From a virus, in IMG/VR virus record IMGVR_UViG_3300033996_001333, positions 3,389-67,388 of that record: a DNA stretch of 64,000 nt, one strand, 5' to 3'. Position numbers and translations under genes: made by a program. The notes under the pieces were generated by a model, which ran no database searches, was not told where the DNA came from, and saw only the letters and a program-made list of their open reading frames with translations. Each line of letters starts with the position of its first letter. The first letter of the stretch is position 1. Shown here one piece after another: positions 61,542 to 64,000 of this stretch.

Positions 61542-61805
61542 ATGAGCCATACTTCCGCGATTACACAGGTCTTTACACAAGGTGAAGGTGAAGAAATTCA
61601 CCGTTCGGTGAGTCTCCCCAACTCAGACTGGCTCGTTTTAGCTCAGTGTGCCGAAGCCTTTTCCTCCACCTTTAGGGCACAAGCGAGTCAGGTAGTTGCC
61701 ACTTATGTGACACGTGGACAGCTTGATTTGGCTGTGAGCGAGGCAGCGAAAATGAACATATTGCTTCAACAGCTAGACAGCATTCACATTGCCCTTATGT
61801 CGTGA
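61542..61805 (+). CDS. hypothetical protein
   Basis: 87 aa ORF. Confidence 0.4.
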   Translation: MSHTSAITQVFTQGEGEEIHRSVSLPNSDWLVLAQCAEAFSSTFRAQASQVVATYVTRGQLDLAVSEAAKMNILLQQLDSIHIALMS

Positions 61806-62203
61806 CGCCTAAAAATAACCCCTTAGTGGTGTTTGATATTGACATGACACTCACGAGTGAGTGGTATTACGAAGACAATGTTGCAACGCTTCGAGCCAAT
61901 TTGCCACTCGTTCAACTTGCAGTATCTCTAGCTGTATCCGGTGTTACAATCCTTATATCCACTGCTCGCCCAAATCGTCTTCGAGCCGACTCAGAAAACT
62001 GGCTACAAAGTGTGGGTGTTAAGTTCGACGCCTTATACATGAGAGAGGACGGGGACGATCGCCCCGACCACTACGTTAAGACCGAGCAAGCTCTCGCAAT
62101 TATTGAAGATTTCGGACGTCCTTCACTTTGGTACGACGACAACCAAGACAACTGTAAAGTTGTGAGAGAACTTGGGATTCCTTGTGTTCAGGTTATGCAA
62201 TGA
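61802..62203 (+). CDS. HAD-superfamily phosphatase (Pnk 3'-phosphatase-like)
   Basis: VVFDIDMTLTS is the DxDxT HAD motif I. GTG start overlapping the upstream stop. Confidence 0.55.
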   Translation: MTPKNNPLVVFDIDMTLTSEWYYEDNVATLRANLPLVQLAVSLAVSGVTILISTARPNRLRADSENWLQSVGVKFDALYMREDGDDRPDHYVKTEQALAIIEDFGRPSLWYDDNQDNCKVVRELGIPCVQVMQ

Positions 62204-62246
62204 TTCATACACACTCGCACCACCCCCTAGGAAAAGAAGAGACATA

Positions 62247-62612
62247 ATGGCTACCATGGCCGAAATGAGCTTCCACCTACCTAATGTCGTGCCAGAGAGA
62301 CAGGAGCTTGTTGCAAACCTTATGGTAGAGCAACTTCGTGGTGCTTCCCACCTGCCAAAACAACACCCTCAACGCCAAACAACAACCATGAAAATTGATT
62401 CCGTTATTTCTGTTTCACTTCCTCGCGAGACATGGTCGCTCATAAACGACCTTCTCAAGGAGAAGCAAGCGTCTTTCGAACGTGACATTGACCGAGTGGA
62501 CGACATCGGTAGGGCTGACTACGCTCAAGTTCTAATTGATTGCGCCGAGCAATGCAAGCAAGCATCAGACGAAATCTGTTTAGCACATTCCCTGGCGTCT
62601 TTCGACCTTTGA
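62247..62612 (+). CDS. hypothetical protein
   Basis: Internal ATG (MATMAEMSF). Confidence 0.4.
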   Translation: MATMAEMSFHLPNVVPERQELVANLMVEQLRGASHLPKQHPQRQTTTMKIDSVISVSLPRETWSLINDLLKEKQASFERDIDRVDDIGRADYAQVLIDCAEQCKQASDEICLAHSLASFDL

Positions 62613-62668
62613 GCACAGACGCTGAGCGGAGCTCAACTTCCAGGTTAGTACCCCAACCCTTCAGTCAA

Positions 62669-62977
62669 ATGTTGTCCACTGACACACGACTCCAGCTACA
62701 AGATATTGCCGACCGTATCTCAAGACACGAGGAGATTTCCCTTAAGGAGATTTCCCTTATTCAGAAATGGTCAGACCACAATCGCCACGCCTACGAGATC
62801 CTTCAGAAAGCACGTCGGAGGGCAATCTCGGGGGAGCCTGAGCCGGGGTCTCTCGACGAACTTATCGACGGGATGAACCTCGGCTTTGCGGATCCTTCCT
62901 CTCATTTAGTTGGACCCCAATCCCCAGACGATCTTGCAAACTTTTTCAGGGCGCCTCCGTGGCTGAGACATGACTAA
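62669..62977 (+). CDS. hypothetical protein with 15-bp tandem repeat
   Basis: Internal ATG. GAGATTTCCCTTAAG GAGATTTCCCTTATT at 62731-62762 encodes EISLKEISLI. Confidence 0.35.
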   Translation: MLSTDTRLQLQDIADRISRHEEISLKEISLIQKWSDHNRHAYEILQKARRRAISGEPEPGSLDELIDGMNLGFADPSSHLVGPQSPDDLANFFRAPPWLRHD

Positions 62978-63145
62978 GGGCCATGGTACTTCTGAGACAT
63001 GGGCAGAGGCCAAGCTCGAGACTTTAGATCCCACGACCCCATGGTACGAGTTTCTCTCCTACTGTGAAGCTTGTCGAAGCTTAAACGTGAAAGCGTCTGT
63101 AGGTCGCTTCACCCGTTACCAAAACTATATTCAAACAATTTCGCT

Positions 63146-63949
63146 ATGAGTTACACAGGACAGTTAATAACCTTTGAAGGTCTTGACGGCTGCGGAAAAA
63201 CAACTCAGCTTAAGGCTGTTTCTGAGTGGCTTTCGAGCAGTGGTCAATTACCTGGGGGGGTGAAAGTTGTCACAACTCGAGAGCCAGGATGTTTACCAGG
63301 TGTGCGAGACTTGCTTAAGGACCCTAAGGCTGCGATCACACCGAAAGCCGAACTTTTACTGCTCATGGCCGACCGGGCTCAGCACGTTGCAACAGTAATA
63401 ATGCCGGAGCTAGAAAAGGGCAACTGGGTGTTATGCGACCGATTTTACGCAAGCACCTTAGCCTATCAAGGGTGGGGACGAGGTTTGGGATCTGAAGCGG
63501 TAGAGAAAGCCCACGAACTTGCCTGCGGAGTCTTGTACCCTGACTTAGAACTGTTTTTCGACGTTCCCGTTGATGAGTCTATGAGACGGCTCTCAAGGCG
63601 AGAAAACGACGGGCTGACTGTCCGAGACAGATTTGAGCGGTCAGAACGACCTTTTTTCGACCGTTTGCTTACAGGGTTTCAAACCCCTAACGAACAACTG
63701 GGACTGAAATGTTACCCCGTGGTTACAATCGACGGGTGTCAAACGGTTGACGAGGTTACTCAGGAATGCATACGACAAGTGTCCAAGCTTTTACCACGTG
63801 AGGAGAACTTCACGAATGTGCCACCGTGCCGAGCAAAAGATCCTGAGTTTTGGTACGACACTTCTAAAGAAACTTACAAAGTTCGGCTTGAGCGGGAGAC
63901 CTCATGGAGTCAGCCACGATCTTGCAAGACTGACGAAAAACTTTGTTAA
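63146..63949 (+). CDS. tmk: thymidylate kinase with C-terminal extension
   Basis: ITFEGLDGCGKTTQ is the Tmk P-loop. Start at the internal ATG (MSYTGQ). 267 aa, about 60 aa longer than a typical Tmk. Confidence 0.65.
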   Translation: MSYTGQLITFEGLDGCGKTTQLKAVSEWLSSSGQLPGGVKVVTTREPGCLPGVRDLLKDPKAAITPKAELLLLMADRAQHVATVIMPELEKGNWVLCDRFYASTLAYQGWGRGLGSEAVEKAHELACGVLYPDLELFFDVPVDESMRRLSRRENDGLTVRDRFERSERPFFDRLLTGFQTPNEQLGLKCYPVVTIDGCQTVDEVTQECIRQVSKLLPREENFTNVPPCRAKDPEFWYDTSKETYKVRLERETSWSQPRSCKTDEKLC

Positions 63950-64000
63950 AACTTCCACATTTGATATGAAACCTTTTCTACACGGGAGGATACATGCCAG

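Overview
This 64 kb window is a compact, phage-like region in which essentially every credible gene lies on the + strand. Intergenic spacers are short and many neighbouring genes share overlapping start and stop codons (for example ATGA at 17446). The window carries about 135 ORFs, mostly small, a tRNA cluster and a probable circularly permuted tmRNA. The tmRNA tag reading frame (A)NNIVKFERIAVAV matches the ANNIV type seen in cyanobacteria, which, together with A-rich start contexts lacking a Shine-Dalgarno sequence, points to a cyanobacterial host. This host assignment is an inference.

Proteins recognisable from motifs:
- EF-Ts.
- A Prs-like ribose-phosphate pyrophosphokinase overlapping a Nampt/NadV-like phosphoribosyltransferase, with an NMNAT-like gene 38 kb downstream. 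Together these form an NAD+ salvage or reconstitution set.
- An ADP-ribosylation toolkit: an ADP-ribosylglycohydrolase, a putative ADP-ribosyltransferase with R-S-ExE candidate motifs, and a macro domain.
- An RNA-repair set: an Rnl1-like and a DraRnl-like RNA ligase, a P-loop polynucleotide kinase, two calcineurin-type phosphoesterases, a HAD phosphatase, a pol-beta-type nucleotidyltransferase and a T4 RNase H-like 5'-3' exonuclease.
- A Ro60/TROVE-like vWA protein.
- A lambda R-type lytic transglycosylase, an RlpA-like DPBB protein, a prepilin-motif protein and an outer-membrane beta-barrel protein.
- HNH endonuclease, SPFH/Band7, thymidylate kinase, a radical SAM enzyme, a DUF932-like protein, a SLOG/DUF2493-like protein and an RHH protein.

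The most striking non-coding feature is a composite intergenic element of about 45-70 bp present in about 29 copies. Each copy has the GC hairpin GGGCGGTTTCCCGCCC, a T-tract, a second hairpin with covarying stem (TTTCYGC...GCRGAAA) and a CGSTATAGT box, and sits immediately upstream of + strand genes. It is most simply read as a terminator plus phage-specific promoter unit. Many copies are preceded by a palindromic CGGTTAACCG half-copy.

Other notable features:
- A four-member paralogous gene family of unknown function (LPxLPHIP...CGTVHC).
- Duplicated promoter-leader-start cassettes.
- Two tRNA-like genes with about 40-50 nt insertions in the anticodon region.
- A tRNA 3'-end direct repeat flanking a single gene.
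- Homopolymer tracts (C16, G7, A5) at leader or frame-switch positions.

All functional calls rest on motif recognition from memory. No database search was possible.
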